From: an uncultured Acidobacteriota bacterium
GTDB lineage: Bacteria > Acidobacteriota > Vicinamibacteria > Vicinamibacterales > UBA2999
Length of the DNA stretch: 64,000 nt
Reading direction: 5' to 3'
Assembly: GCA_963846425.1 (NCBI GenBank)
Contig: CAWJVW010000005.1
Location: 2,647,350 to 2,711,349 of the forward strand
The notes beneath the pieces are model-generated. The model was not told the origin of the DNA. It made no database searches and saw nothing but the letters and a program-made list of their open reading frames with translations. Below are positions 34,719-44,002 of the stretch, piece by piece; the stretch's first letter is position 1; each line of letters begins with the position of its first letter. Position numbers and translations under genes: made by a program.

Positions 34719-35819
34719 ATGCGCTCTATGCGTCCCATTCGACAGCTCGCGATCGCGGTTGCCGCGCTCGTTGCCGCCGGTTCTAGCGGCGGCCTAGGCA
34801 CAACACTAAAGGCGCAGTCGCCGATGCTAGTGATTGCGAGTGGCCTGGACAATCCCAGAAAACTCGCCTTTGGACCCGATGGCGCGTTGTACGTCGCGGA
34901 GGCCGGACGCGGCGGCGAGAGTGAGCTCTGCTCGATCGATCCGGGCACGGGTGCCAATCGTTGTTATGGACCGTCAGGAGCAATCACACGCATTACGGGG
35001 ATCGGAGTTCACTCGCGCGTGGTCAGCGATTTGCCGTCGATTGCTCCGGCAAGCGGCAATAATGCGCAAGGGCCGAACGACATCGACTTCGGATTCGATG
35101 CCGCTTGGGTGCTGATCGGGTACGCGGGCGATCCCTTGAACCGAACGGAGTTCGAGGCCGCCGGCATTCGACTGGGGTCGCTGATTCGCGTCGATGGGGT
35201 CGAGGATTGGGCACACGTGCTCGACGTGTCCGACCACGAGATCTACAATCCTGACGGCGGCGTGCGCGATACCAACCCGTTCGCGATGACTTTGCTGTCC
35301 AATCGAATCGTGGTCGCCGATGCGGGCGCCAACGCGCTGCTGCACATCGGGGCCTTTGGACAAATCTCGACGCATGCCGTCTTTCCGCCACGCACGGTGG
35401 GCCCCGTCACATTCCAGTCCGTTCCGACGACGGTGATTGAAGGACCCGACGGGAGTCTGTTCGTGGGCGAGCTGACGGGTTTCCCGTTTGTGGTCGGCGC
35501 CGCCCGCGTATACCGCGTTCCGAGTAGCGGTGGCACACCGGTAGTGGTGGCAACAGGCTTCACGAACATCATCGATATCGCGCTCGACAGCGTCAGGGGA
35601 TTCGGCTATGTGCTCGAACACGACGCGGACGGCATCATAGGCCCCGGTCTGGATGGCCGCTTGGTGCAGATCAATCTTGCGACCGGCGAGCAGAAAGACC
35701 TCGCGAAAGCCGGCCTCGTCAAGCCGGGCGGCGTCGCCGTCGGATCTGACGGGGCGCTTTACGTCACCACCCGGACCAACTTCGCTGGGACAGGAGAAGT
35801 CGTGCGCATCGTGCCGTAA
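34719..35819 (+). CDS. ScyD/ScyE-family beta-propeller protein, secreted
   Basis: Start moved to ATG 34719 (AGGAG upstream). Reads ...SGLDNPRKLAFGPDGALYVAEAGRGGESELC...CYGPSGAITRI. Confidence 0.6.
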   Translation: MRSMRPIRQLAIAVAALVAAGSSGGLGTTLKAQSPMLVIASGLDNPRKLAFGPDGALYVAEAGRGGESELCSIDPGTGANRCYGPSGAITRITGIGVHSRVVSDLPSIAPASGNNAQGPNDIDFGFDAAWVLIGYAGDPLNRTEFEAAGIRLGSLIRVDGVEDWAHVLDVSDHEIYNPDGGVRDTNPFAMTLLSNRIVVADAGANALLHIGAFGQISTHAVFPPRTVGPVTFQSVPTTVIEGPDGSLFVGELTGFPFVVGAARVYRVPSSGGTPVVVATGFTNIIDIALDSVRGFGYVLEHDADGIIGPGLDGRLVQINLATGEQKDLAKAGLVKPGGVAVGSDGALYVTTRTNFAGTGEVVRIVP

Positions 35820-35838
35820 CGCTTTCGCGTCCGCGACG

Positions 35839-36285
35839 ATGGCGCCTTTGATCGTTCTCGCCGCTGCCACGCTGATTGCGCGCTTGGCGGGACGCCTCGG
35901 CATCAGGGGTCTCGACTGGGCAGGGGCTACACGCATGGGGCTGGCGGTGATGTTCTGTTTCACCGCCGCCGCCCATTTCAACGCCATGCGCGCCGACCTG
36001 GTTCGGATGGTGCCGCCCTGGGTGCCCAATCCGGAGCTGATGGTGTCGTTCACGGGCGTGTGTGAGATCCTCGGAGCAATCGGGTTGCTCCTGCGACAAA
36101 CGCGACGCCTGGCAGCGATCGCGCTGATCATTTTTCTGATCGCGGTCCTGCCAGCCAACGTGCACGCTGCCACGACAGAGGTGACGATCGGGGGTGCGCC
36201 GGTCACGCCGCTCATTCCGAGAATCGCGGTGCAGGTGCTGTTCATCGTGCTCGTCTGGTGGTCGGGGCTTCGAGCGACGAGCTAG
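35839..36285 (+). CDS. small integral membrane protein (DoxX-like)
   Basis: Start moved to ATG 35839. It is 148 aa with about 4 TM helices (MAPLIVLAAATLIARLAG...). The family call is weak. Confidence 0.45.
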   Translation: MAPLIVLAAATLIARLAGRLGIRGLDWAGATRMGLAVMFCFTAAAHFNAMRADLVRMVPPWVPNPELMVSFTGVCEILGAIGLLLRQTRRLAAIALIIFLIAVLPANVHAATTEVTIGGAPVTPLIPRIAVQVLFIVLVWWSGLRATS

Positions 36286-36447
36286 GACCCGTCCAGGAAT
36301 AAGCGCGCCATTTTCGCAGCCGATGCATCCCGCCTGGCGGCGTTGCTCCTCGCTTGCATACACCCGGTATGCCACGCTCGTCGCGCCTTGCCATACGGGC
36401 GCCTCGACGCCGAGAAATGGCACACTTATTCCCGGACGAATCCTTAC

Positions 36448-37818
36448 GTGCCCAGCAAGACTCCAAGTGAGGTCCTCGAAGTCGCCGGCCGGGAGGTATC
36501 GATATCGAATCCCGACAAAGTGCTGTTCCCCGATGCGGGCTACACGAAGCGGGATCTGGCCCACTACTACCTTTCAGTTGCGGAGGGCGCGCTCGTCGGA
36601 GCAGGTGGACGGCCCAATGTGCTCGTTCGTTATCCGAACGGCATCACCGGCGAGTTCTTCTACCAGAAGCGCGCGCCCGAGTCGCGTCCCGACTGGATCG
36701 AGGTCGTCGCGCTGAAATTTCCATCAGGCCGTACCGCAGAGGAAATGGTGCCGCGGGATGCTGCCGCACTGGTGTGGATGGCAAACCTCGCGTGCCTGGA
36801 GCTGCACCCACACCCCGTGCGGGCCGACGATCTGGATCATCCCGACGAGCTGCGCGTGGACCTGGATCCAGTGCCCGGTGTTGAATGGGCGCAGGTGCGC
36901 GAGGTGGCGCGCGTCGTGGAAGCTGCGCTTGCGGATCTCGGACTCGTCGGCTGGCCCAAGACATCGGGATCGCGCGGCATCCACGTCAACGTGCGGATCG
37001 AGCGGCGCTGGACCTTCCACCAGGTCCGGCGTGCGGCCCTTGCGCTGGCCCGAGAGGTCGAGAGGCGAGCGCCCAGGCTTGCGACGAGCAAATGGTGGAA
37101 GGAAGAACGCCACGGCGTGTTCGTGGACTACAACCAGAACGCAAAGGACCGCACCGTCGCCTCCGCGTACTCCGTGCGTCCCAAGCCCGACGCGCGCGTA
37201 TCGGCGCCGCTGGCGTGGAGCGAAGTCGTCGAGGCAGAACCTGCCGACTTCACACTGAAGACCATGCCGGTGCGTTTCGCAAAGCTGGGTGACCGCCACC
37301 AGGCGATCAACGATCACCCGGGATCATTGGAACGCTTGTTGGAGCTGTCGGCACGACATGAAAAGGAAGGGCTCGGCGACGCGCCGTGGCCACCGCAATA
37401 CAAGAAACAGCCGGGCGAGCCGCCGCGGGTCCAGCCCTCGCGCCGCCGGAAGGCCAGTGACGTGAAATCAGTGGCCAGTGGTCAGAAGCCCGTGCCCAGC
37501 AGTCAGAAGTCAGAGGCCAGCGGCCGGCGCCGATCGAAGCATCCGCTGATCGAAATCGGTCGCGCACAAAAGAAAGAGGACGCCCTGGCTGGCCTGGAGC
37601 GCTGGAAGGAGCGTCATCCTACGGCGGCCGAACACCTCGAGCCCGCCGATGTGCTCGTGGACGCGATGCGTGGGCGTTCGTCCACGTGGACGCGGGTGCG
37701 GATCAACTTGCAGCATGTGCCAGCCAGTCTTCGACCCGAGCAAGAAGCCCTCGATCCCGATGATCCGCCCGAAGGCTTCACCGAGTGGCAAAGACTTTCT
37801 CGAGCTCGTAAGGCATAG
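36448..37818 (+). CDS. AEP primase-polymerase (LigD Pol-like / Prim-PolC-like) with ~145-aa C-terminal extension
   Basis: ...LEVAGREVSISNPDKVLFPDAGYTKRDLAHYY, catalytic RVDLDP, and SGSRGIHVNVRI. The start is ambiguous: GTG 36448 is preferred, and the track uses TTG 36343. The 3' end overlaps the convergent ligase gene by 41 nt. Confidence 0.85.
   Translation: MPSKTPSEVLEVAGREVSISNPDKVLFPDAGYTKRDLAHYYLSVAEGALVGAGGRPNVLVRYPNGITGEFFYQKRAPESRPDWIEVVALKFPSGRTAEEMVPRDAAALVWMANLACLELHPHPVRADDLDHPDELRVDLDPVPGVEWAQVREVARVVEAALADLGLVGWPKTSGSRGIHVNVRIERRWTFHQVRRAALALAREVERRAPRLATSKWWKEERHGVFVDYNQNAKDRTVASAYSVRPKPDARVSAPLAWSEVVEAEPADFTLKTMPVRFAKLGDRHQAINDHPGSLERLLELSARHEKEGLGDAPWPPQYKKQPGEPPRVQPSRRRKASDVKSVASGQKPVPSSQKSEASGRRRSKHPLIEIGRAQKKEDALAGLERWKERHPTAAEHLEPADVLVDAMRGRSSTWTRVRINLQHVPASLRPEQEALDPDDPPEGFTEWQRLSRARKA
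37454..37523 (+). repeat. heptamer-periodic tract inside the Prim-Pol CDS
   Basis: Units are ccagtga cgtgaaa tcagtgg ccagtgg tcagaag cccgtgc ccagcag tcagaag tcagagg ccagcgg. They are translated as 7-aa repeats ASDVKSV/ASGQKPV/PSSQKSE/ASGRRRS. Confidence 0.75.
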
Positions 37819-38848
37819 TCACGTCGAGTTGATCGTAGCGACAGTCGCCAGGCTGTTTGTCGGGGCGCCATCGGAGAAAGACGGCCGCGTGCCGAAAACG
37901 ATCGCCCTGCAGGTGGTCGTACTTCACCTCGCAGACGCGTTCAATCCGCAACGGCTCCCACGAGAGGTCCTTGCCTGCGCTCCAACGGCTCTGCCCCCCC
38001 GGCATGCGCGTCGTCACGCCCTCAGCTGCCGCCCATTCGCGCCAGGGGTGCTCCTTCATAGCGTTCTTACGCAGCGGCTCGAGCTCGACCGCCAGCTCCT
38101 TGCGCTTCGCCATCGTGAATGATGATGTCACGCCGACATGCTGCAGTTTGCCCCCGTCGTCGTATAGCCCCAGCAGGAGCGAGCCCACCGACCCCTCGCC
38201 AACCTTGTGCCAGCGGAATCCCGCGACGACGCAATCGGCCGTGCGCGCGTGCTTGATCTTGATCATCGCGCGCTTACCCGGCTGGTAGACGCCGTCGATC
38301 GGCTTCGCGATGACGCCATCGAGGCCGGCGCCCTCGAATTGCTCGAGCCAATCGCGAGCCACGTCGCGGTCCCGGGTCATCGGCGTTAAATGGAGCGGCG
38401 GTTTGACCCGAGCTAGAAGCTGCTCGAGTTTGCCTCGGCGCTCGTCTTGCGGCGCCGCCAGCAGGGCGTGATCGTTGACAGCCAGAAGATCGAAAGCCAC
38501 GAACGAGGCCGGCGTCTCTTTGGCCAGTTTCGCGACTCGCGACGCCGCGGGATGCAGGCGCAACTGCAGCAGATCGAAGTCGAGGCCATGCGGAGTTGCG
38601 ATGACGATCTCGCCGTCGAGGACGCAACCCGGCGGGAGGGTCTCGAGGAGCACCTCGTGCAGTTCGGGAAAGTAGCGGTCGAGCGGCCGTGAATCGCGGC
38701 TCTGGATGTACACCTCTGAATCGCCGCGAAACACAATCGCGCGAAACCCATCCCACTTCGGCTCGAACAGAAAATTCCCAGCCGCGGGAAGCTCCTCGGC
38801 CAGTTTGGCCAGCATGGGCTCAATAGGGGGGTCGATGGGAAACGGCAT
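37778..38848 (-). CDS. ligC: ATP-dependent DNA ligase (LigC-type, stand-alone)
   Basis: MPFPIDPPIEPMLAKL... starts at ATG 38848, while the track start is 38956. Motifs are EPKWDGFR (KxDG), LDGEIV, FVAFDLL, DGVIAKP and MIKIKH. Confidence 0.85.
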   Translation of the reverse strand: MPFPIDPPIEPMLAKLAEELPAAGNFLFEPKWDGFRAIVFRGDSEVYIQSRDSRPLDRYFPELHEVLLETLPPGCVLDGEIVIATPHGLDFDLLQLRLHPAASRVAKLAKETPASFVAFDLLAVNDHALLAAPQDERRGKLEQLLARVKPPLHLTPMTRDRDVARDWLEQFEGAGLDGVIAKPIDGVYQPGKRAMIKIKHARTADCVVAGFRWHKVGEGSVGSLLLGLYDDGGKLQHVGVTSSFTMAKRKELAVELEPLRKNAMKEHPWREWAAAEGVTTRMPGGQSRWSAGKDLSWEPLRIERVCEVKYDHLQGDRFRHAAVFLRWRPDKQPGDCRYDQLDVTMPYELEKVFATR

Positions 38849-38888
38849 GCGGCAAGCAGTATCAAGGCAACAGGAAAAAGGCAATAAG

Positions 38889-40367
38889 ATGCGCGCCATG
38901 AAGGCTTCGGTTCTGTGTATAGCGCTCGCAATGTTGACGGCCTGCGCCTCTCGCACGGCCCCGACTCCGCCAGAACGCTTTGCGGACGCGGCTCAGTACC
39001 GCGCCGCGCGCGAGCGGCTCATCCAACGAGAGCGCGCGCTCGGGCTTGGGGGCGATCTCGTCCTGACGCCCGACGAAGAATCAGCCAATCGCCGGCTGAT
39101 GGCCCTCAAGCGGGATGAGCTCGAGCGGACGCGCGAGCATTTTCCTCCCGCTCGCAGCTTCCTCCTCAACGAGACCAAGCAACGGATTGCCATGTCGCCT
39201 GTGCTCGACGTGATGCGCCGGATGCCCAAGGGCGGCATTCTCCATGCCCACGGGTCTGCAATGGGTGACTTTCGCTGGCTCGTCTCCCACGTGACATATT
39301 TACCCAACTGCTACATGTATGTCGGTGACGCCCCGCAGCTGGTTCGCGGCATGCTGCGGGTCTCGGACCAGACCCCTGGCGAAGGTTGGCGTCTTGTCAG
39401 CGAGCTTCGCGCAGCGGCCCCGGACCTCAAGGCGTTCGACGAGGAGATCTACCAATCGATTACGCTCGGCGAAGAGGACATTCGCGATCCGCAAATCTGG
39501 GACGAATTTGGCCGCAACTTCCGCCGCAGCGGCGGTCTCCTCGCAAATCGCGCCGTTCACACCGAGTTCTGGCGCAGGATGCTCTTGAGCCTGATCGACG
39601 AGAACGTCCAGTACCTGGAATCGCGCACGCCACCCATCGATGAAGCAATCATTCGCGACATTCGACAACGTGACCCGGACTTCGACGTCAAGTTCATTCC
39701 GGCAGCCGGACGCGGCGAGGGGCGCGAGCGGATCGCGCAGAGTTTGAACTACGCCGTACAACAGCGTGTCGAGAATCCCGAACGGGTCAAGGGTTTTGAC
39801 CTGGTTCAGGAAGAAGATCGGACGAACACCAACCTGTTCTACCTCGAGGAGCTCCTGGCGGCACGGCGTGAAGCGGAGCGGCGCGGCACCAGCCTGCCCT
39901 TATATCTGCACTCGGGCGAGAGCAACTGGGCCGAGAACGAAAACCTGTACGATGCTGTCCTGCTTGGCGCGTCACGCATTGGACATGGGCTGGCGCTCAT
40001 CAAGCATCCACTCTTGATGGAAATCGTGAAGGCGCGTGGGATCGCGATCGAAGTTTGCCCAATCAGCAACCAGGTTCTCGGCTTCGTGCCCGATCTCAGG
40101 AACCATCCCGCGGTGTACTACATCAACGCCGGATTCCCGGTGGTCCTGTCGCCAGACGACCCTGGCATCATGCAACACTCCCTGTCCCACGACTTCTATA
40201 CCGCGTTCATGGCGTGGGGACTCGACCTCAGGAGCCTGAAGCAGCTGGCGATCAACTCACTGGTTCATTCGGCGATGAACCCCGACGAAAAGCGTCGCGC
40301 GCTCGATGCGTTTGGCCGCCGATGGGCTGCTTTCATTCAGTGGCTCGCACGCGACGCCGTGCAATGA
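38889..40367 (+). CDS. adenosine deaminase-family lipoprotein (ADA2/ADGF-like)
   Basis: Start moved to ATG 38889. The lipobox is in MRAMKASVLCIALAMLTAC. Catalytic motifs are ILHAHG, LHSGES, RIGHG and SPDDPG. Confidence 0.8.
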   Translation: MRAMKASVLCIALAMLTACASRTAPTPPERFADAAQYRAARERLIQRERALGLGGDLVLTPDEESANRRLMALKRDELERTREHFPPARSFLLNETKQRIAMSPVLDVMRRMPKGGILHAHGSAMGDFRWLVSHVTYLPNCYMYVGDAPQLVRGMLRVSDQTPGEGWRLVSELRAAAPDLKAFDEEIYQSITLGEEDIRDPQIWDEFGRNFRRSGGLLANRAVHTEFWRRMLLSLIDENVQYLESRTPPIDEAIIRDIRQRDPDFDVKFIPAAGRGEGRERIAQSLNYAVQQRVENPERVKGFDLVQEEDRTNTNLFYLEELLAARREAERRGTSLPLYLHSGESNWAENENLYDAVLLGASRIGHGLALIKHPLLMEIVKARGIAIEVCPISNQVLGFVPDLRNHPAVYYINAGFPVVLSPDDPGIMQHSLSHDFYTAFMAWGLDLRSLKQLAINSLVHSAMNPDEKRRALDAFGRRWAAFIQWLARDAVQ

Positions 40368-40393
40368 AGCAAAACTACCCCTTCGAGCGTCTA

Positions 40394-42875
40394 ATGCTGC
40401 GGGGGTGTCGCCATCGAAGCATTTCTCAAGGATTTAAGGCACTCGCTGCGAGCGTTCGCCAAGAGTCCGGCGTTCACGCTCGCCGCTATCGCGGCGCTCA
40501 CGCTCGGTATTGGCGCCAACACGGCGATTTTCTCCGTCGTCAACGCGATCATGCTGCGGCCGGTGGCTTTCCCCGATGCCGACCGCATCGTCGCGTTCAT
40601 GAACGTGTCGGCGGGCGGGTCGGGTGGCGGCGCCTCGCCCGCCAAATTCTGGCATTGGCACGACCAGACAAGCGTCGTGCAGGATGTCGCCGCCTATCGT
40701 GGTGGCATCGTGAATTACACCGGCGGAACGTTTCCAGAACAGCTCCGTTCCGGGCAGGTATCCATCGACTTCTTCAGGCTTTTTGGCGCACCTGTGGCAT
40801 TGGGCCGCACGTTTGCGGCAGAGGAAGACGCGCCCGATGGTCCAAAGGTTGCCGTGCTCAGCCAGAGCACGTGGGCCACGCGTTTCAACAGCGATCCGCA
40901 AGTTGTCGGCAAGTCGATTTCCCTCAGCGGCGAACCATTCACGATCGTTGGCGTCCTTGGCGAGTTCGACTTTGGGGAGTTCGGGCTGGCGCCCCACGTG
41001 TGGACTGCCTTTCAGCTTGATCCCAACACCACCGACCAGGGGCACTTCTTCCAGGCCGCCGGACGTCTGAAGCCCGGTGTCACGCTCGAGCAGGCGAAAG
41101 CCGGGCTCGATCTCTCGGCAAAGGAGTTCGAGCGTAAGTTCCCGGGCGCGTTGGGCCAGGGCAACAGCTTCACCGTCGAGCCGGTGAAAGAGGTGCTGGT
41201 TCGCAACGTTCGCACGTCGCTCTTCGTGCTCGTAGGTGCTGTCACGTTCGTGCTGCTGATTGCGTGCGCGAATGTCGCGAACCTTCTGATGGTGCGTGCA
41301 ACGGGTCGGAAGCGGGAGATCGCGCTCAGGGCCGCGCTCGGTGGATCGCGCAGACGAATCGCTCGTCAACTCCTCACCGAGAGCGTCGTGCTCGCGTTCG
41401 CGGGAGGCGTGCTGGGTCTCATCGTTGGGCTTGTCGGGATTCGCGCGCTGCTATCGGTTAACACGGCGGGCTTTCCACGCGTGGGTGTCGATGGCGCGCT
41501 GGTGGGGCTGGATTGGCGCGTGCTCGGGTTCACGCTCGTCATCGCGCTTGGAACCGGCATCCTCTTTGGTCTCTTTCCGGCATTTCAGAGCGCTCGCACC
41601 GACCTGACGACGACGCTCAAGGAGGGCGGGGGACGATCTGGGACAGGCTTCCGGCAGAACAAAGCGCGATCGATCCTGGTCGTGACCGAGGTTGCACTGG
41701 CGCTCATTCTGCTCGTCGGATCGGCGCTCCTCATTCGCACGGCCGTGGCGCTCGGCCGTGTCGATCCAGGCTTTGATGCACGCAACATTCTCACCATGCG
41801 GATGTCGCTGACGGGGCCGCGATTCCTGCAATCGGAAGGCGTCGAGCAGATCGTCCGCGACGGCGTCGAACGATTGCGCGGCGTCCCTGGTGTCGTGTCT
41901 GCCAGCGCCACGTGTTGCGTGCCGCTCGAGGGCGGCTACGGTTTGGGGTTCACCATCGTTGGCCGGGCCCTTCCGCAGGACCGCCCGTCCCATGGCGTCG
42001 GCCAGTGGATGACCGCGTCGCCCGGTTATTTCGATGTGTTCAAGATCCCCGTGAAGCGCGGCCGTGCGTTCAACGATCGCGACAACAGCGCGGCACAGCG
42101 GGTCGTCGTCATCAACGAGGCCATGGCGAAGGAGTTCTGGCCGGAAGGGGATCCGCTGAACGATCGCCTCGTGATCGGTCGAGGTGTCATGAAAGAGTTC
42201 GCCACCGAATCCGAACGCCAGATCATCGGCATTGTCGGCAACACGCGTGATGGCGGGTTGAACAACGATCCCGGCCCCGCGATGTTCATTCCGCAAGCGC
42301 AAGTGCCCGACGCGGTGAACGCCTTGAACGTGCGCATCACCCCGATCGCATGGGTCGTGCGGACCGAGGGTAATCCCAACCTTGTCAGTACCCAGGTGCA
42401 GGAGCAGCTTCGTCAGGCCACTGGCCTTCCTGTCACCAATGTGAGGTCGATGGAGGAGGTCGTGTCGCGCTCGACGTCGCGTCAACGATTCAACATGTGG
42501 CTGATGACCGTGTTTGGCGTATGCGCCTTGCTCCTCGCGGCAATAGGGATTTACGGATTGATGGCGTACGCGGTTGAACAGCGCACACAGGAGATCGGGA
42601 TTCGCCTGGCGCTCGGGGCCAGCGCGTCCAAGGTGAAGAAGATGGTGGTTCGGCAGGGGATGATCCTGGCGATTGCCGGCGTAGTCATTGGGCTGGCCGC
42701 CGCATTTGCCCTCGCACGCCTCATGGAAACGCTGCTCTTCGGCGTGACCACGCAGGATGCGCTGGTGTTTGTGGGTGTGCCGGTGCTGTTGACGCTGGTC
42801 GCGTTCGTCGCAGTCTGGCTGCCGGCGCGGAAAGCCAGCAAAGTCGATCCGATGGTTGCGCTGCGGTACGAATGA
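40394..42875 (+). CDS. ADOP-family duplicated FtsX/MacB-type permease; N-terminus apparently out of frame at a G5 run (40401-40405)
   Basis: The main frame has no ATG/GTG/TTG between the TAA at 40392 and ATG 40551. It nevertheless encodes the conserved N-terminus ...VAIEAFLKDLRHSLRAFAKSPAFTLAAIAALTLGIGANTAIFSVVNAIMLRP. ATG 40394 is in another frame. Removing one G from GGGGG gives MLRGVAIEAFLKDL... A track-style call would be 40551..42875, which lacks TM1. Confidence 0.75.
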
Positions 42876-42885
42876 CAGGGCGTAT

Positions 42886-42918
42886 GGGCTCAGGCCCTTG
42901 TCCTCGGGCCTGAAGCCC
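42886..42918 (+). terminator. GC-rich hairpin just after the ADOP stop
   Basis: tcaggccc (42890-97) pairs with gggcctga (42906-13), with flanking gggc/gccc and an 8-nt loop. No U-tract. Confidence 0.35.
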
Positions 42919-43161
42919 CCGACTCCCGCACCTGCGCGCGAAGCCTGCTACACTCGACCCGGGAGTCGGAAGCAGTCACGGCCGCGTAGCGGCTGCTGAT
43001 CCTGCGCATTGCCCTCCCGGTGGGAAATCACCAGGGTTCAACTCCCTTCTCCGTTCTGCCTTGGGGCCGGCGCTTGTCGCACTCGCCGCTTCGCTCTGCA
43101 GGTTTACACCTCCGCGAAGCGTCGAGGGTTCTCGAGGCAGGGCGGTTTTTAGTGGCAGCCT

Positions 43162-43959
43162 ATGACACCAATTTTCGTTGTCGCTGTGGTTGTTCTTCTG
43201 ATGACATTGGTCATCGGGGTCCTGCGGGTGTCGTCCGTAACGGTTTTCGAGTACGAACGGGGCCTGCGTTTCGTCCGCGGAAGGCTGACAGAGGAAGTCG
43301 CACCTGGATTGTATCGCTACCTCGGCGCGTATACGACGATACGCAAGTTCGATCTTCGCACAACCCATTCGGCCGTCAATTCACAAGAGGTGGTCAGTAA
43401 AGACGGCGTCGCCGTGAAAGTTAGCCTGAGTGCGTCATATCGCATCGTCAACCTACGCACGGCGGTGCTGAATGTTGGCGACTACACGACAGCGCTCTAC
43501 ACCGAACTGCAGCAGAGCCTCCGAGCCGTCGTGTCAAGCGCGGAGGTCGAGGATCCGTTTGCCAAACGCGCGGAGATGGGACCGCAGATATTGACGCTGA
43601 CCCAGCCTTTTGCCGAACGAATTGGTCTCACGCTTGAAAGCGTGGCGATCAAGGATCTAACGCTTCCGGGTGACCTCAAAAAGATCTTCGCGCAAGTAGT
43701 CAGGGCGCGGCAGGAAGGCCTCGCTGCTCTGGAACGTGCGCGCGGAGAAACCGCGGCGCTGAGAAACCTCGCGAATGCGGCCCAGATGGTCCAACGCAGC
43801 CCACAGCTGCTGCAACTCCGACTGCTGCAGGTGGCGGGCCAGCAAGCTGGCACCACCCTTGTCGTCGGGATGCCTTCTGGGACGACGCCGTTGCCTCTGC
43901 CGGAAACGACCACCGAGACGAGCCGACTTCCTGCCGAAGGAACGAACTCTGATCAGTGA
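43162..43959 (+). CDS. SPFH/band-7 protein (slipin/stomatin-like)
   Basis: An N-terminal TM (MTPIFVVAVVVLLMTLVIGVL) is followed by FEYERGLRFVRGRL...IKDLTLPGDLKKIFAQVVRARQEGLAALERARGE. Confidence 0.85.
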   Translation: MTPIFVVAVVVLLMTLVIGVLRVSSVTVFEYERGLRFVRGRLTEEVAPGLYRYLGAYTTIRKFDLRTTHSAVNSQEVVSKDGVAVKVSLSASYRIVNLRTAVLNVGDYTTALYTELQQSLRAVVSSAEVEDPFAKRAEMGPQILTLTQPFAERIGLTLESVAIKDLTLPGDLKKIFAQVVRARQEGLAALERARGETAALRNLANAAQMVQRSPQLLQLRLLQVAGQQAGTTLVVGMPSGTTPLPLPETTTETSRLPAEGTNSDQ

Positions 43960-44002
43960 AGCGATAGCCGCGGCGCGAGCCATTGGGCCCAGACGACCGA
44001 AC

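Noticed and set aside
42955-42990. GGAAGCAG-containing stretch as SRP (4.5S) RNA domain IV
   Set aside because: Only a short resemblance to the GGAAGCAGCC region exists. The required symmetric and asymmetric loop context and the closing helices are not present.
43040-43080. T-arm-like sequence (cagGGTTCAACTCCCtt), suggesting a tRNA, tRNA-Sec or the tmRNA 3' end
   Set aside because: I could not build an acceptor stem: there is no complement to the 3' flank within 70-100 nt upstream. I also found no anticodon arm and no CCA or tmRNA-like 5' GGGG partner. The reverse strand fails as well. It needs tRNAscan/ARAGORN to be sure.
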